From positions 736,001-800,000 of the forward strand of contig CAXXTB010000001.1 of NCBI GenBank assembly GCA_963676795.2: 64,000 nt of DNA. Direction: 5' to 3'. The notes under the pieces are model-generated. The model saw only the letters and a program-made list of their open reading frames with translations. It searched no databases and was not told the DNA's origin. This document shows, one piece after another, positions 39,723 through 51,664 of this stretch (positions are counted from its first letter, which is position 1; each line of letters begins with the position of its first letter). The translations under genes and the position numbers were made by a program. The DNA comes from Geopsychrobacteraceae bacterium (GTDB taxonomy: Bacteria; Desulfobacterota; Desulfuromonadia; Desulfuromonadales; Geopsychrobacteraceae).

Positions 39723-39848
39723 TCAGCGGGCTTTGTCCTGAATCCAGTTGCCCAGATTCTCGAAATCCCGGCCGAGTCCGCGAGCTGTTTCGCAACCGCA
39801 CAAAATAAACAGGAGAAGAATCAGACTTAAAGCACAAAGTTTTTTCAT
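39723..39848 (-). CDS. Entericidin EcnA/B-like small lipoprotein (41 aa, not in ORF track)
   Basis: MKKLCALSLILLLFILCGCETARGLGRDFENLGNWIQDKAR; lipobox then C-E-T-x-x-G-x-G-x-D; GGAGG RBS. Confidence 0.82.
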   Translation of the reverse strand: MKKLCALSLILLLFILCGCETARGLGRDFENLGNWIQDKAR

Positions 39849-39869
39849 GCAATCCTCCCTGGCAGTGAC

Positions 39870-40670
39870 TTAGTTCAGGCCGAGAACATCCTGCATGTCG
39901 TAGAGCCCGGGTTGTTTATCGGCAATCCACAGGCAAGCGCGCACGGCGCCGCGGGCGAACATGTCACGGCTCATCGCCCGGTGGCTGATCTCGATCCGTT
40001 CGCCCATGCCGATGAAGTAGACGGTATGCTCGCCAACGATGTCGCCACCGCGGACGGTCTGCATGCCGATCTCTTCCTTGGTCCGGGCGCCGCACATTCC
40101 TTCGCGGTGAAAGTTGGCGACTTCGTTGTAATTGCGGCCCAGGGCATCGGCGACAACCTCGCCCATGCGCACCGCGGTGCCGGACGGCGAGTCCTTTTTC
40201 TTGTTGTGGTGCAACTCGACGATTTCGACGTCGAAATCGTTACCGAGAATCTTGGCCGTCTCCTTGAGCAGTTTGAAACAGGCGTTGACGCCGACGCTCA
40301 TGTTCGGCGCCAGAACCACCGGAATCTGTTCCGCGAATTTCTCCGCCTTGGCCTTCTGCTCGGGAGTAAAGCCGGTCGAGCCGCTGACGATCATCTTCCC
40401 CGCGCGGGCGCAGATCTCCAGGTTGATCAGGGTGACGTCCGGGAAGGTGAAGTCGATCAGCACGTCGGCTTCTTTCATCACCTCGGCAAGGTTGTCCGAG
40501 ATCTTGACGCCGAGTTCGCCGACCCCGGCGATCAGGCCGGCGTCCATGCCGATCTGCGGATGGCCGGCAACTTCCACCGCACCACTGAGTTTCAATCCGT
40601 CTGTTTCGTGGACCGCGTGAATCAGGCGGCCGCCCATGCGGCCGGCGGCGCCGACAATAGCTACTTTCAT
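39870..40670 (-). CDS. dapB: 4-hydroxy-tetrahydrodipicolinate reductase
   Basis: GAAGRMG, APNMSVGVN, ELHHNKKKDSPSGTA, RGGDIVGEH. Confidence 0.96.
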   Translation of the reverse strand: MKVAIVGAAGRMGGRLIHAVHETDGLKLSGAVEVAGHPQIGMDAGLIAGVGELGVKISDNLAEVMKEADVLIDFTFPDVTLINLEICARAGKMIVSGSTGFTPEQKAKAEKFAEQIPVVLAPNMSVGVNACFKLLKETAKILGNDFDVEIVELHHNKKKDSPSGTAVRMGEVVADALGRNYNEVANFHREGMCGARTKEEIGMQTVRGGDIVGEHTVYFIGMGERIEISHRAMSRDMFARGAVRACLWIADKQPGLYDMQDVLGLN

Positions 40671-40690
40671 AGTCTGTCTCTCCCGTGACT

Positions 40691-41566
40691 TCAGATCAGG
40701 CCGTGCTTTGCCATGATGCTTTTAAGTTTGTCATGGTTAGCCGCTTGCAGCGGAACCAGTGGCAGACGCAGGGTGCCGGTGCAGAGGCCCATCAGCGAAG
40801 CGGCGATCTTGACCGGGACCGGGTTGGTCTCGATGAACATCGACTGATGAACCTCGAGCAGCTCCAGATGCAGTTTGCGCGCCAGCGCCCAGTCGTTGTC
40901 AAAAGCCGCCTGAACCATGGTCTTGACCTGCTTAGGCATGATGTTGGCGGTGACCGAGATAACCCCTTTGCCGCCACAGGCCATCATCGGCATGGTGATG
41001 AAATCGTCACCGGAGATCACATCGATCTTGTCACCGGCCTTGGCGATGATTTCGCTGGCCTGGACCAGATCGCCGGAGGCTTCCTTGATACCGACGATGT
41101 TGCTGAATTCTGCCAGGCGGATGGTTGTTGCGGCCGTCATGTTGACGCCGGTCCGGCCGGGAACGTTATACAGCACCTGCGGGATGGCGACAGCCTCAGC
41201 CACCGCTTTGTAGTGCTGATAGAGGCCTTCCTGGGACGGTTTGTTGTAGTACGGAGTGACCAGCAGCAGGCCGTCAGCACCAATCTCCTTGGCGTGCTGG
41301 GAAATTTCGATCGCTTCTTTGGTCGAGTTGGACCCGGTGCCGGCGAGAACCGGGACCCGCTTGTTGACCTGTTCGATACAGACCTTGATGACCTTGTCAT
41401 GTTCGTCGTAGTCGAGAGTCGCCGATTCACCTGTGGTTCCGCAGGGGACGATGACATCAGTGCCGTTTTCGATCTGAAATTCGATCAGCTGGCGATATTT
41501 TTCCTCATCAAAATTCCCCTGCGCGTCAAAGGGGGTGATGATAGCGACCATAGATCCGTGAAACAT
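40691..41566 (-). CDS. dapA: 4-hydroxy-tetrahydrodipicolinate synthase
   Basis: GTTGES, PYYNKP, LYNVPGRTG, GIKEASG. Confidence 0.96.
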   Translation of the reverse strand: MFHGSMVAIITPFDAQGNFDEEKYRQLIEFQIENGTDVIVPCGTTGESATLDYDEHDKVIKVCIEQVNKRVPVLAGTGSNSTKEAIEISQHAKEIGADGLLLVTPYYNKPSQEGLYQHYKAVAEAVAIPQVLYNVPGRTGVNMTAATTIRLAEFSNIVGIKEASGDLVQASEIIAKAGDKIDVISGDDFITMPMMACGGKGVISVTANIMPKQVKTMVQAAFDNDWALARKLHLELLEVHQSMFIETNPVPVKIAASLMGLCTGTLRLPLVPLQAANHDKLKSIMAKHGLI

Positions 41567-41734
41567 TTATGCCTCCATATAACGAGCTGGCTGGTAGGGT
41601 TCATTGCTAGCACAGCCGCCCGGTGAAAGTAAAGAGCTGCCGGTCGCGCCGGCAGATTGTAAATAGCTGGTTGCCATCCGGAATCTCCGGAGGGCAACGC
41701 GTAAGTTTTCAGATTGAAAACAGCCCTTATCCGC

Positions 41735-41887
41735 TCAGTTGCAGCAGTCGCTGGCCGGGTTCTCCGGCGGCGGGCTGCCAATGGGCCGGACCGGACCCTT
41801 CTTGCCACAGCCGCTCAGGCTGACCAGCAGGGCCAGCAGCAGAGCCGCGGTAACGAGTCTGAAGCTTCTGCGCAGCGAGCCGGCCAT
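41735..41887 (-). CDS. LptM/YifL-like small lipoprotein (50 aa, not in ORF track)
   Basis: [35 protein letters not shown]...; ATG overlaps the argH stop (TAATG). Confidence 0.75.
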   Translation of the reverse strand: MAGSLRRSFRLVTAALLLALLVSLSGCGKKGPVRPIGSPPPENPASDCCN

Positions 41888-43251
41888 TATTTTTTCAGCC
41901 GCGCAAGTTCGCGCTCGACCGCTTCGCGGGCGGTTCCGCCGGTCGCTTTGCGGGCGTTGACCGAAGCTTCGAGGGTGACATAGTCATAGATGTCGGCATC
42001 GATCAATTCTGAGAACTGGCGGAATTCGTCGAGGGACAGCTCCGGGATGTCCTTACCGGTTTCGACGCAGTAACGTACGGTCTTGCCAACCACCTCGTGG
42101 GCCTGACGGAACGGCAGCCCCTTGCGCACGCAGTAGTCGGCGACATCGGTCGCGGTGGAGTAGCCGCGGGCGGCGGCGACGCGCATGTTGTCGGCCCTGA
42201 CCTTCATCTCGGCGATCATGTCGGCGAAGATTTTGAGTGAGCCCTTGACCGTATCGATGGTATCGAACAGCGGCTCCTTGTCTTCCTGCATGTCCTTGTT
42301 GTAGGCCAGCGGCAGCGACTTCATCAGGGTCAGCAGGGCGATCAGGTTACCGTAGACACGACCGGTCTTGCCGCGCACCAGTTCCGGAACGTCCGGGTTT
42401 TTCTTCTGCGGCATGATCGAGCTGCCGGTGCAGAAGGCGTCGCTCAAGTCGATGAAGCTGAAGTCGGCGCTTGACCAGAGGATCAGCTCCTCGGAGAGGC
42501 GCGACAGGTGCATCATCAGGATGCCGGCGAAGCTGCAGAACTCGATAGCGAAGTCGCGGTCGGAGACGGAATCGAGGCTGTTGCGGGTCACGCCGTCGAA
42601 GCCGAGTTTTTCGGCGACCCATTCACGGTCGATCGGGAAGGTGGTTCCAGCCAGGGCGCCGGCGCCGAGCGGCATAACGTTGAAGCGCTTGCGCAGATCC
42701 TCGAGTCGGCTGATGTCGCGGGCGATCATCTCGCGGTAGGCGAGCATGTGGTGGCTGTAGAGCACCGGCTGAGCCGTCTGCAGGTGGGTATAGCCCGGCA
42801 TGATGACGTCCAGGTTGTTTTCGGCCTGGGCGATCAGTGAGGCTTCCAGCTTGCGGGCGTAGTCGAGAACGGTATCGATCTCATCGCGCAGGTAGAGGCG
42901 GATATCGACAGCGACCTGGTCGTTACGGCTGCGGCCGGTATGCAGGCGGCCACCGACCGGTCCGATGCGCTCGATCAGGCGCGCTTCGACGTTCATGTGG
43001 ATGTCTTCGAGGGCGACTGAGAACTCGATCTTGCCCGCCTCGATATCCTTCAGAATTTCGTCGAGGCCGGCGATGATGGTCGCGGCGTCATCAACAGGAA
43101 TGATCCCCTGGCGGCCGAGCATTTCGGCGTGAGCCTTGGACCCGGCAATATCATAGCGATAGAGGCGCTGATCGAAGTCGATCGAGGCGGTGAACTCTTC
43201 AACAAACTTATCGGTCGGCTGGGTAAAGCGACCACCCCACAGTTTACTCAT
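41887..43251 (-). CDS. argH: Argininosuccinate lyase
   Basis: [29 protein letters not shown]. Confidence 0.97.
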   Translation of the reverse strand: MSKLWGGRFTQPTDKFVEEFTASIDFDQRLYRYDIAGSKAHAEMLGRQGIIPVDDAATIIAGLDEILKDIEAGKIEFSVALEDIHMNVEARLIERIGPVGGRLHTGRSRNDQVAVDIRLYLRDEIDTVLDYARKLEASLIAQAENNLDVIMPGYTHLQTAQPVLYSHHMLAYREMIARDISRLEDLRKRFNVMPLGAGALAGTTFPIDREWVAEKLGFDGVTRNSLDSVSDRDFAIEFCSFAGILMMHLSRLSEELILWSSADFSFIDLSDAFCTGSSIMPQKKNPDVPELVRGKTGRVYGNLIALLTLMKSLPLAYNKDMQEDKEPLFDTIDTVKGSLKIFADMIAEMKVRADNMRVAAARGYSTATDVADYCVRKGLPFRQAHEVVGKTVRYCVETGKDIPELSLDEFRQFSELIDADIYDYVTLEASVNARKATGGTAREAVERELARLKK

Positions 43252-43286
43252 GGTGTCATCCTATAATTTAAAGTCAAAAGCAATTG

Positions 43287-43382
43287 AACCACAGAGAACA
43301 CTGAGGACACCGAGCAGACCATTAAAAGCTTTAATCAAGCTTTTCTCTGTGTTCTCGAGCGAGCGTCAGCGAGAGGGTGGTT
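43287..43382. repeat. Imperfect palindromic intergenic element
   Basis: aaccacagagaacactgaggacaccgag ... ctctgtgttctcg ... gtggtt; acagag/ctctgtgt inverted motifs. Confidence 0.55.
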
Positions 43383-43448
43383 AATTCTATGCTGTTAAAC
43401 AGTCGAGGCGGAGAGCGTTGCTCCCCGCCTCAGGTTGATCTTTGTAGT

Positions 43449-44669
43449 TTATTTTTTAGCCGCACGCTGCATCGCTGCGATACGCAGACGCAGGGCGTTG
43501 AGCTTGATGAAGCCTTCGGCATCGGCCTGGTTGTAGACTTCGTCGGCCTCGAAGGTGGCGAAATCGACGTTGAACAGGCTGTCGGTGGCCGAGTCACGGC
43601 CGACAACGCGGCAGTGGCCCTTGTAGAGCTTGATGCGCGCCTTGCCGTTGACGGTCTTCTGGGTATCGTCGATCAGCGCCTGCAGGGCGATCCGCTCAGG
43701 AGCGAACCAGAAACCGTTGTAGACCATCTCGGCGTAGCGCGGGATCAGCGAGTCGCGCAGGTGCATGACCTCGCGATCCATGGTGATCGATTCGACACCG
43801 CGGTGAGCTTCCTCAAGGATGGTGCCACCCGGAGTCTCGTAGACGCCCCGGCTCTTCATGCCGACGAAACGGTTTTCCATCAGGTCGACGCGGCCGATGC
43901 CGTGCTTGCCGCCCAGTTCGTTGAGCTTGGCCAGCAGGTTGGCCGGGGAGAGGCGCTCGCCATTGACAGCGACCGGGTTGCCCTGCTCGAATTCGATCTC
44001 GACATATTCCGGCTGATCCGGAGCATTTTCCGGAGCGACGGAAAGTACGTACATCTCTTCCGGAGCCTCGGCCCATGGGTTCTCCAGGACGTCTCCCTCG
44101 AAGGAGATGTGCAGCAGGTTACGGTCGGAACTCCAGGGGAACTTCTTGCTGGTCGGAACCGGAATGCCGTGTTTTTTTGCGTACTCTTCCAGGGCGGTAC
44201 GGCTGTTCATGGTCCATTCACGCCATGGGGCGATAACCTTGACGGCCGGATCGAAGTGGTAGTAGCCGATTTCGAAACGGACCTGGTCGTTCCCCTTGCC
44301 GGTGGCGCCGTGAGAAACAGCGTCAGCACCTTCCTTGGCAGCGATCTCCATCTGCGCTTTGGCGATCAGCGGGCGGGCGATCGAGGTCCCGAGGAAATAA
44401 CGGCCTTCGTAGATGGCGTTGGCACGGAACATCGGGAAGACGAAGTCGCGGGTGAACTCTTCACGCAGATCCAGGACGTAGCTCTTGCTGGCGCCGGTTT
44501 GCTTAGCCTTCTCCGGGATGAAGTCGAGTTCTTCCCCCTGGCCGAGGTCTGCCGAAAAGGCGATGACTTCGCAACCGTATTCTTCGGTCAGCCATTTGAG
44601 GATAATCGAGGTGTCCAGACCGCCGGAATAGGCGAGGACGACTTTGTTGACTTGTCCGTGTTTGCTCAT
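43449..44669 (-). CDS. argG: Argininosuccinate synthase
   Basis: [34 protein letters not shown]. Confidence 0.97.
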   Translation of the reverse strand: MSKHGQVNKVVLAYSGGLDTSIILKWLTEEYGCEVIAFSADLGQGEELDFIPEKAKQTGASKSYVLDLREEFTRDFVFPMFRANAIYEGRYFLGTSIARPLIAKAQMEIAAKEGADAVSHGATGKGNDQVRFEIGYYHFDPAVKVIAPWREWTMNSRTALEEYAKKHGIPVPTSKKFPWSSDRNLLHISFEGDVLENPWAEAPEEMYVLSVAPENAPDQPEYVEIEFEQGNPVAVNGERLSPANLLAKLNELGGKHGIGRVDLMENRFVGMKSRGVYETPGGTILEEAHRGVESITMDREVMHLRDSLIPRYAEMVYNGFWFAPERIALQALIDDTQKTVNGKARIKLYKGHCRVVGRDSATDSLFNVDFATFEADEVYNQADAEGFIKLNALRLRIAAMQRAAKK

Positions 44670-44734
44670 TCTCTTCATTCTCCTTGCTCTAGAGAGCTAT
44701 TTTGATCTGTCCGGCAGCGCCGGAATCTGTTTGT

Positions 44735-45334
44735 TCACAGTCTGATTACGTATGTATCTGCAAGGCGATCGTGAAGCGCCTGCTTCTGGTTGTCAAACGC
44801 CGCCATCAGGTAGCCGATGCCGAGGATGATCCCGGAAATAAACTTGCCGACCAGCTCGCGCAGGGCCGCTCTGCCGTAGCCGATGTCGCTGCCGTCGCGG
44901 CGGATCACCTTGATGCGGACGATCATCTTGCCCGGTGTCTGGCCGCAGTAGCCGAGCAGCCCGACCGAATAAACCAGGCTGATGACGATGGAAAACAACC
45001 CGATCAAAATTTCCGCGCTGGTGCTGTCGATGCTGATTGCCGCGACCAGTCCGAGCAGAAAGCCGAAAACAAACTGGATCACAGTGACAATAATACCATC
45101 GATCAGCAGGGCGACCAGTCGAATCCAGAAACCGGCCTTGGGCAGTGCCGCTGCCCCGTTGTCAGCCGGAGTTTCGCTGACCGCGACGGTGTCGACCGGC
45201 GCCTGAGCAGCGGTCGGATGAACAAAGGCAAACCCCTGGTGGCATTTCGGGCAGGTGACCCGGGTGACATCCGCAGGGATGGCCGTTGCGGTTACCTCCT
45301 TGGCAAAGCCGCAATGCGGACATTCTAGGTGCAC
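44735..45334 (-). CDS. Zinc-ribbon + RDD family membrane protein
   Basis: CPHC...CPKC; AGFWIRLVALLID, GQTPGK, QALHDRLADTYV. Confidence 0.88.
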   Translation of the reverse strand: MHLECPHCGFAKEVTATAIPADVTRVTCPKCHQGFAFVHPTAAQAPVDTVAVSETPADNGAAALPKAGFWIRLVALLIDGIIVTVIQFVFGFLLGLVAAISIDSTSAEILIGLFSIVISLVYSVGLLGYCGQTPGKMIVRIKVIRRDGSDIGYGRAALRELVGKFISGIILGIGYLMAAFDNQKQALHDRLADTYVIRL

Positions 45335-45335
45335 C

Positions 45336-46247
45336 TTAGCGCTCCATCAGGGTGGTCATGATCGCTTTCTGGACATGCAGGCGGTTTTCCGCTTCATCGA
45401 AGATGATCGAATGCGGGCCCTCCATGATCTCGTCAGTGATCTCCTCGTCACGGTGAGCCGGCAGGCAGTGCATGACCACGGACCCTTCGTTGGTCAGGGC
45501 CATCAGCTCCCTGTTGACCTGGAAACCTTTGAAAGCTTTCTCCCGCTGCGCCTGCTCCTCTTCCTGGCCCATGCTGGCCCAGACATCGGTGTTGATGACA
45601 TCGGCACCTTCTGCCGCTTCACGCGGGTCGTTGGTGAAGATCAGCTTGGCACCGGCAGCCTGTGCTGCTGCGATGATGCCGGCGTCCGCTTCATAGCCTT
45701 TCGGCGTTGCGACGCGCAGTTCGAAACCGAAGACCGAAGCGGCGTTGATCCAGCTGTTAGCCATGTTGTTGCCGTCGCCGATCCAGCAGTACTTGAGATC
45801 GCGGTAGTTCTCCTTGTGCTCGGTGACAGTGAAGATATCGGCCATGACCTGACAGGGGTGACAGAGATCGGTCAGCGCGTTGATGACCGGAACATAGCTC
45901 AGCTCCGCCAGTTGCTCGACCATCTCGTGAGAATAGGTCCGGATCATGATGCCGTCGCAGTAGCGGGACATGACCCGGGCGGTGTCCTGGATCGGTTCGC
46001 CGCGCCCCATCTGGGTGTTGCCGGAATGCAGGAACAGGGCATGGCCACCAAGCTGGTACATCCCGACCTCAAAGGAGATCCGGGTCCGGGTCGAGCTTTT
46101 TTCAAAGATCATCGCCAGGGTTTGCCCCTCGAGAACCTTATGCGGAGTCCCTTCCTTCTGCTTGGCTTTCAGATCGGCGGTCAGGGCGAAAATCCCTTCG
46201 AGATCTTCAAGTGACCAGTCGGCAATGGATAGAAAATCCTTGTTCAT
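45336..46247 (-). CDS. argF: Ornithine carbamoyltransferase
   Basis: SSTRTR, HPCQ, WASMG, HCLP. Confidence 0.96.
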   Translation of the reverse strand: MNKDFLSIADWSLEDLEGIFALTADLKAKQKEGTPHKVLEGQTLAMIFEKSSTRTRISFEVGMYQLGGHALFLHSGNTQMGRGEPIQDTARVMSRYCDGIMIRTYSHEMVEQLAELSYVPVINALTDLCHPCQVMADIFTVTEHKENYRDLKYCWIGDGNNMANSWINAASVFGFELRVATPKGYEADAGIIAAAQAAGAKLIFTNDPREAAEGADVINTDVWASMGQEEEQAQREKAFKGFQVNRELMALTNEGSVVMHCLPAHRDEEITDEIMEGPHSIIFDEAENRLHVQKAIMTTLMER

Positions 46248-46306
46248 CTTTTTCTTTCCCCAATATAAATTCTTAATGCAGGCCCCTGAATGAGGCCTGC
46301 TTCTCG

Positions 46307-47509
46307 TTAAATTTTGATCTCAGCCAGAAGACTATCGAGAATCTCGATCATCTTGTCGATCTCTTCTGCTTTGACGATGATTGGCGGCACGAAACGCAGG
46401 GTTTTCCCGGCGGTGCAGTTGAGCAACAGCCCCTTTTCCTGGGCCTGTTTGACCAGTTCGCCCCCTTCAACAGAAAGTTCCATGGCAACCATCAGGCCGC
46501 GGCCTCTGACTTCAACGATAAAGGAATATTTGCTCTTCAGCGCTTCGAGCTTCTGAACAAGGTAATCTCCCATCTTGACGCAGTTGCTGAGTACTTCCGG
46601 TTTGAGCAGGGTCTTGACGGTTGCAACACCTGCTGCTGCCATCAGCGGATTGCCGCCGAAGGTCGAACCGTGGGTGCCTGGGCCGAAGGAATCGACGAAC
46701 TTTTCACGGAAAACCATCGCGCCGATCGGCGGGCCACCGGCCAGAGCCTTGGCCAGGGTCATGATGTCCGGCTCGATCCCCTCATGCTGGTGGGCGAACA
46801 GCTTGCCGGTCCGGCCCATGCCGGTCTGAACCTCGTCGAGGATCAGCAGCAGGTTCTTTTCGTCGCACAGCTCGCGAACCGCTTTGAAATAGCCAGCCGG
46901 AGGCAGGTTGACGCCGCCTTCCCCCTGAATCGGTTCGAGCATGATGGCGCAGGTCTGGTCGGCGATCGCGGCCCGCAGGGCGTCTACGTCGCCGTAGGTC
47001 GCGTAGCTGAAGCCGGGGATCAGCGGCGCAAAACCCTTCTGCATCTTTTCCTGCCCGGTGGCGGTGATGGTCGCCAGGGTCCGGCCATGGAAAGAGGAGT
47101 GGGTGGTGATGATATGGCTGCGTCCTTCGCCGTAGGTATCGTAACTGTACTTACGGGCCAGCTTGATCGCGGCTTCGTTGGCCTCTGCGCCGGAGTTGCA
47201 GAAGAAGGCGCGGTCGGCAAAGGAGTTGGCGCAGAGCAGCTCAGCCAGCTCGATCTGCTGCGGAATATGATAGAGGTTGGAGCAGTGGATCAGGTCGCCG
47301 ACCTGTTCCTTGATCGCCACCATAACGGCCGGATGGCAATGGCCCAGGTTGTTGACGGCGATACCGGCGACGAAGTCGAGGTACTGTTTGCCGTCGACAT
47401 CAGTGATCCAGCAGCCGTTACCGTACTTGGGAACCAGCGGATAACGGCCATAGTTTTTGGCAATGACCTTTGAGCCTCGTTCAATCCAATTTTCTGTTTG
47501 TGTCGCCAT
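46307..47509 (-). CDS. argD: Acetylornithine aminotransferase
   Basis: NSGAEANE, FHGRT, EPIQGEGG, DEVQTG, HGSTFGGNPL. Confidence 0.95.
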   Translation of the reverse strand: MATQTENWIERGSKVIAKNYGRYPLVPKYGNGCWITDVDGKQYLDFVAGIAVNNLGHCHPAVMVAIKEQVGDLIHCSNLYHIPQQIELAELLCANSFADRAFFCNSGAEANEAAIKLARKYSYDTYGEGRSHIITTHSSFHGRTLATITATGQEKMQKGFAPLIPGFSYATYGDVDALRAAIADQTCAIMLEPIQGEGGVNLPPAGYFKAVRELCDEKNLLLILDEVQTGMGRTGKLFAHQHEGIEPDIMTLAKALAGGPPIGAMVFREKFVDSFGPGTHGSTFGGNPLMAAAGVATVKTLLKPEVLSNCVKMGDYLVQKLEALKSKYSFIVEVRGRGLMVAMELSVEGGELVKQAQEKGLLLNCTAGKTLRFVPPIIVKAEEIDKMIEILDSLLAEIKI

Positions 47510-47513
47510 CTTC

Positions 47514-48434
<921 letters not shown>

Positions 48435-49763
48435 TTAAAGGATGTACCGGGACAGATCTTCGTTCTGGCTGATGTCTTCCAGTCGTCGTCGGACCTCTTC
48501 GGCGTTGATGGTGACCTTCTCATGGGACAACTCGGGAGCGCTGAAGGAGAGTTCCTCAAGCAGCTTCTCCATGATCGTGTGCAGGCGCCTTGCGCCGATA
48601 TTCTCCGTTCTCTCATTGACCATCTTGGCCAGTCGGGCGATCTCGCGGATGGCGTCATCGTCGAAATCGAGCTCGATCGATTCGGTCTTCATCAGCTCGA
48701 TATACTGCCGGGTCAGGGCATTTTTCGGCTCGGTCAGAATGCGGTAAAAATCCTCTTCGGTCAGGCTGCCCAGTTCAACACGGATCGGAAAACGCCCCTG
48801 CAGTTCGGGGATCAGGTCGGACGGTTTGGCCATGTGGAAGGCTCCGGCCGCGATGAACAGGATATGGTCGGTCTTGACCGGGCCATGCTTGGTGTTGACC
48901 GTGCTCCCTTCGACGATCGGCAGGATGTCACGCTGGACCCCCTCACGGGAGACCTCGGGGCCGTGGGACCCTTCGCGGCTGGCGACCTTGTCGATCTCGT
49001 CGATGAAGACGATGCCGCTTTGCTCGGTGCGTTCGCGGGCCAGGGTCGCGACATTCTCCATGTCGACCAGTTTTTCCGCTTCTTCCTCGATCAAGATCAG
49101 GCGCGCTTCAGCAACCTTGACCCGTTTGGTCTTCTGTTTCTTGGGGAAGAGGTTACCGAACATCTCCTTGATGTTCATCCCCATCTCTTCGTTCCCCTGC
49201 GGAGTAAAGACGCCGACATTCGGCATGCTGCTGACCTCGACGTCGATCTCGACATAGCGCTCATCCAGCTCACCCAAGCGCAGCAGCTTGCGCAGCCGGT
49301 CGCGGGTATGCTGGCGCTGCTCCTGCTTGTCGGGGGAGCGGTCGACCTCGCCGGGCAGCAGCAGGTCGAGCAGTTTTTCCTCGGCGTTGGCCTCGGCCTT
49401 GATACGCATCTTCCTGGTCTCTTCATCCTTGACCATGATGATCGCCAGTTCGAGCAGGTCGCGGATCATGCTCTCGACGTCGCGGCCGACGTAACCGACC
49501 TCGGTAAACTTGCTCGCTTCGACCTTGATGAACGGAGCCTCGGCCAGTTTTGCCAGGCGGCGGGCGATCTCGGTCTTGCCGACCCCGGTCGGGCCGATCA
49601 TGATGATGTTCTTCGGCGCGATCTCGTCGCGCAGCTCGGCCGGGACCTGCTGGCGGCGCCAGCGGTTGCGCAGGGCGACGGCGACAGCGCGCTTGGCGTC
49701 CTTCTGGCCGATGATATAGCGATCCAGTTCCGAGACGATCTCTCTGGGGGTAAAGTTGGTCAT
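48435..49763 (-). CDS. hslU: ATP-dependent protease ATPase subunit HslU
   Basis: [34 protein letters not shown]. Confidence 0.97.
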   Translation of the reverse strand: MTNFTPREIVSELDRYIIGQKDAKRAVAVALRNRWRRQQVPAELRDEIAPKNIIMIGPTGVGKTEIARRLAKLAEAPFIKVEASKFTEVGYVGRDVESMIRDLLELAIIMVKDEETRKMRIKAEANAEEKLLDLLLPGEVDRSPDKQEQRQHTRDRLRKLLRLGELDERYVEIDVEVSSMPNVGVFTPQGNEEMGMNIKEMFGNLFPKKQKTKRVKVAEARLILIEEEAEKLVDMENVATLARERTEQSGIVFIDEIDKVASREGSHGPEVSREGVQRDILPIVEGSTVNTKHGPVKTDHILFIAAGAFHMAKPSDLIPELQGRFPIRVELGSLTEEDFYRILTEPKNALTRQYIELMKTESIELDFDDDAIREIARLAKMVNERTENIGARRLHTIMEKLLEELSFSAPELSHEKVTINAEEVRRRLEDISQNEDLSRYIL

Positions 49764-50290
49764 GCTAAAACCTCGATACTAATCCGGTCGTTGGTGTAGA
49801 CACAGATATCTGCGGCAATCTGCAGGGCTTCCCTGGCGATCTGCTCGGCATCCAGTTCAGAGTGGGCGATCAGGGCCCGTGCTGCGGCCAGAGCAAAACT
49901 TCCGCCGGAACCGATCGCTGCAACGGCATCGTCCGGCTCGATAACGTCGCCGGCCCCGGAAATGACCAGGGTCAGATCCTTGTCGGCAACGATCAGCAGG
50001 GCTTCCAGACGGCGCAGCACGCGGTCGGTGCGCCAGTCTTTGGCCAGGGCAACGGCAGCTCTGGCCAGGTTGCCGCGGAATTCCTGCAGTTTGGCTTCAA
50101 ATTTTTCAAAAAGGGTAAAGGCATCAGCCGTGCTGCCGGCAAATCCGGCGAGGATCTGATCCTGGTAAAGTCGTCTGATCTTGCGGGCACCGTGTTTCAT
50201 GACCGTGTTGCCCAGGCTGACCTGGCCGTCTCCGGCGAGGGCGACCTTTCCGGCGTGGCGAACACAGCAGATTGTCGTTCCTTTAAACAT
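49760..50290 (-). CDS. hslV: ATP-dependent protease peptidase subunit HslV
   Basis: [25 protein letters not shown]. Confidence 0.97.
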   Translation of the reverse strand: MFKGTTICCVRHAGKVALAGDGQVSLGNTVMKHGARKIRRLYQDQILAGFAGSTADAFTLFEKFEAKLQEFRGNLARAAVALAKDWRTDRVLRRLEALLIVADKDLTLVISGAGDVIEPDDAVAAIGSGGSFALAAARALIAHSELDAEQIAREALQIAADICVYTNDRISIEVLA

Positions 50291-50431
50291 CGATAACTCC
50301 CGTATAAATGGCCGTTTTGCCATTTGATGAAAAGTCGCAACATAACATAAAAAAGAGTCGATAAAAAAGAGCTATATCCCGGTTTTTTCCAGTTTTCTGC
50401 GGAATTTTGGGCCGTAGTCAGGGGAGGAGGG

Positions 50432-51544
50432 TCAGTTGGGGAGTGGGAACTCGATGATCGCCTGAGTACCTTCGCCGACGACGCTGGTCAGCAGCAGGTT
50501 GCCGCCCATGCTGCGGATGAAGTTGCGGGCGTAATAGAGCCCGAGGCCAAAGCCGCGGACCTGGCCGGTGTGCTCCGGATCGATCTGGTAGAACTTACTG
50601 AAGATCTTGCTCAGTTCCTGGGCGGGGATGCCGATTCCCGTGTCGCTGATGATCAGGCGCAGGCTGGCATCGTTTTTTTCGCCACTGATGCTGACGGTTC
50701 CTCCTTCGGGAGTGAACTTGATCGCGTTGTCGAGCAGGGCGCGGATGGCAAAGCTGATGCGCTGCTGGCTGAGCATCAGCGGCTGTCCGCAGAGCTGGTC
50801 GACATTGATCTTGTAACTGATCTGACGGCCGAGAGCTGCCGGCTTGAGGACCTGGGCCACCTGGTTGGCAACCAGGCCAAGGTCGAGGCTGGTCAGTCCT
50901 GAATCCTCTTCCTGGAGGGTGACCTCGCTGAAAAAGAGCAGATCCTGAATCAGTTGTTCCAGGTGCTGGGTTTCCGTCTGAACCATGTCGAGCATCAGGT
51001 GAAAATCAGCGTCGTCGGGACTTTCAACCCCCTCGATCAGGTTCTGGATGAACAGTGAGATCGCCGTCGCCGGGGTTTTGAGCTTGTGGGAGATCAGGCC
51101 GAGAAAATCGTTCTTGAGTTTTTCAGAACGCTTAAGGGCGGCCAGCTCTTCGCGGATCTCCTGCTTTTCGAGAACCTTGCTGACCGTGGTGCTGAGCTGG
51201 AGGATGTTGATCGGTTTGGTGATGAAGTCGTCGGCACCTTCTTTGAGAGCGCGCAGAATCAGTTCTTTGTCGGAATAGCCGGTCATCAGGATGAAGGCCA
51301 GGTTCGGGTGTTTCTCCTTCGATTGCTTGAGCAGTTCAAGGCCAGAGATAGTCGGCATGACGACGTCGGAGAGAACGATATCGACTTCTTCGCTTTCGAG
51401 GTACTTCAACGCTTCGTCGCCGTTCTTGGCGATGAGCAGGTGATACTCGCCCAGAGCGTTGGCGCAGAGGTCTCTGATCAACGCTTCATCATCGACAATC
51501 AGCAGGGTCTTCTGCCGGTTATGTGTGAAATCGAATGTCGCCAT
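50432..51544 (-). CDS. Hybrid response-regulator/histidine kinase (REC-HisKA-HATPase)
   Basis: LIVDDE, SDVVMP, ISHKLKTP, NAIKFT, DTGIG, GFGLGL. Confidence 0.9.
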   Translation of the reverse strand: MATFDFTHNRQKTLLIVDDEALIRDLCANALGEYHLLIAKNGDEALKYLESEEVDIVLSDVVMPTISGLELLKQSKEKHPNLAFILMTGYSDKELILRALKEGADDFITKPINILQLSTTVSKVLEKQEIREELAALKRSEKLKNDFLGLISHKLKTPATAISLFIQNLIEGVESPDDADFHLMLDMVQTETQHLEQLIQDLLFFSEVTLQEEDSGLTSLDLGLVANQVAQVLKPAALGRQISYKINVDQLCGQPLMLSQQRISFAIRALLDNAIKFTPEGGTVSISGEKNDASLRLIISDTGIGIPAQELSKIFSKFYQIDPEHTGQVRGFGLGLYYARNFIRSMGGNLLLTSVVGEGTQAIIEFPLPN

Positions 51545-51664
51545 TGTGGCCTGGTCTCTGCCTGCATTGCTGCGGGTGTATAAAGGCATTTGAATTTAAA
51601 GCATAGCGGACCTGACCAGGATGTCCAGTGTTGCAGGTCCGCTATGAGTATAGAAATAACAGGA

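Noticed and set aside
41567..41737. Selenocysteine/readthrough of the lipoprotein TGA (frame stays open until just before dapA)
   Set aside because: The extension resembles no known domain, I see no convincing SECIS hairpin, and the 50-aa product already fits its family size.
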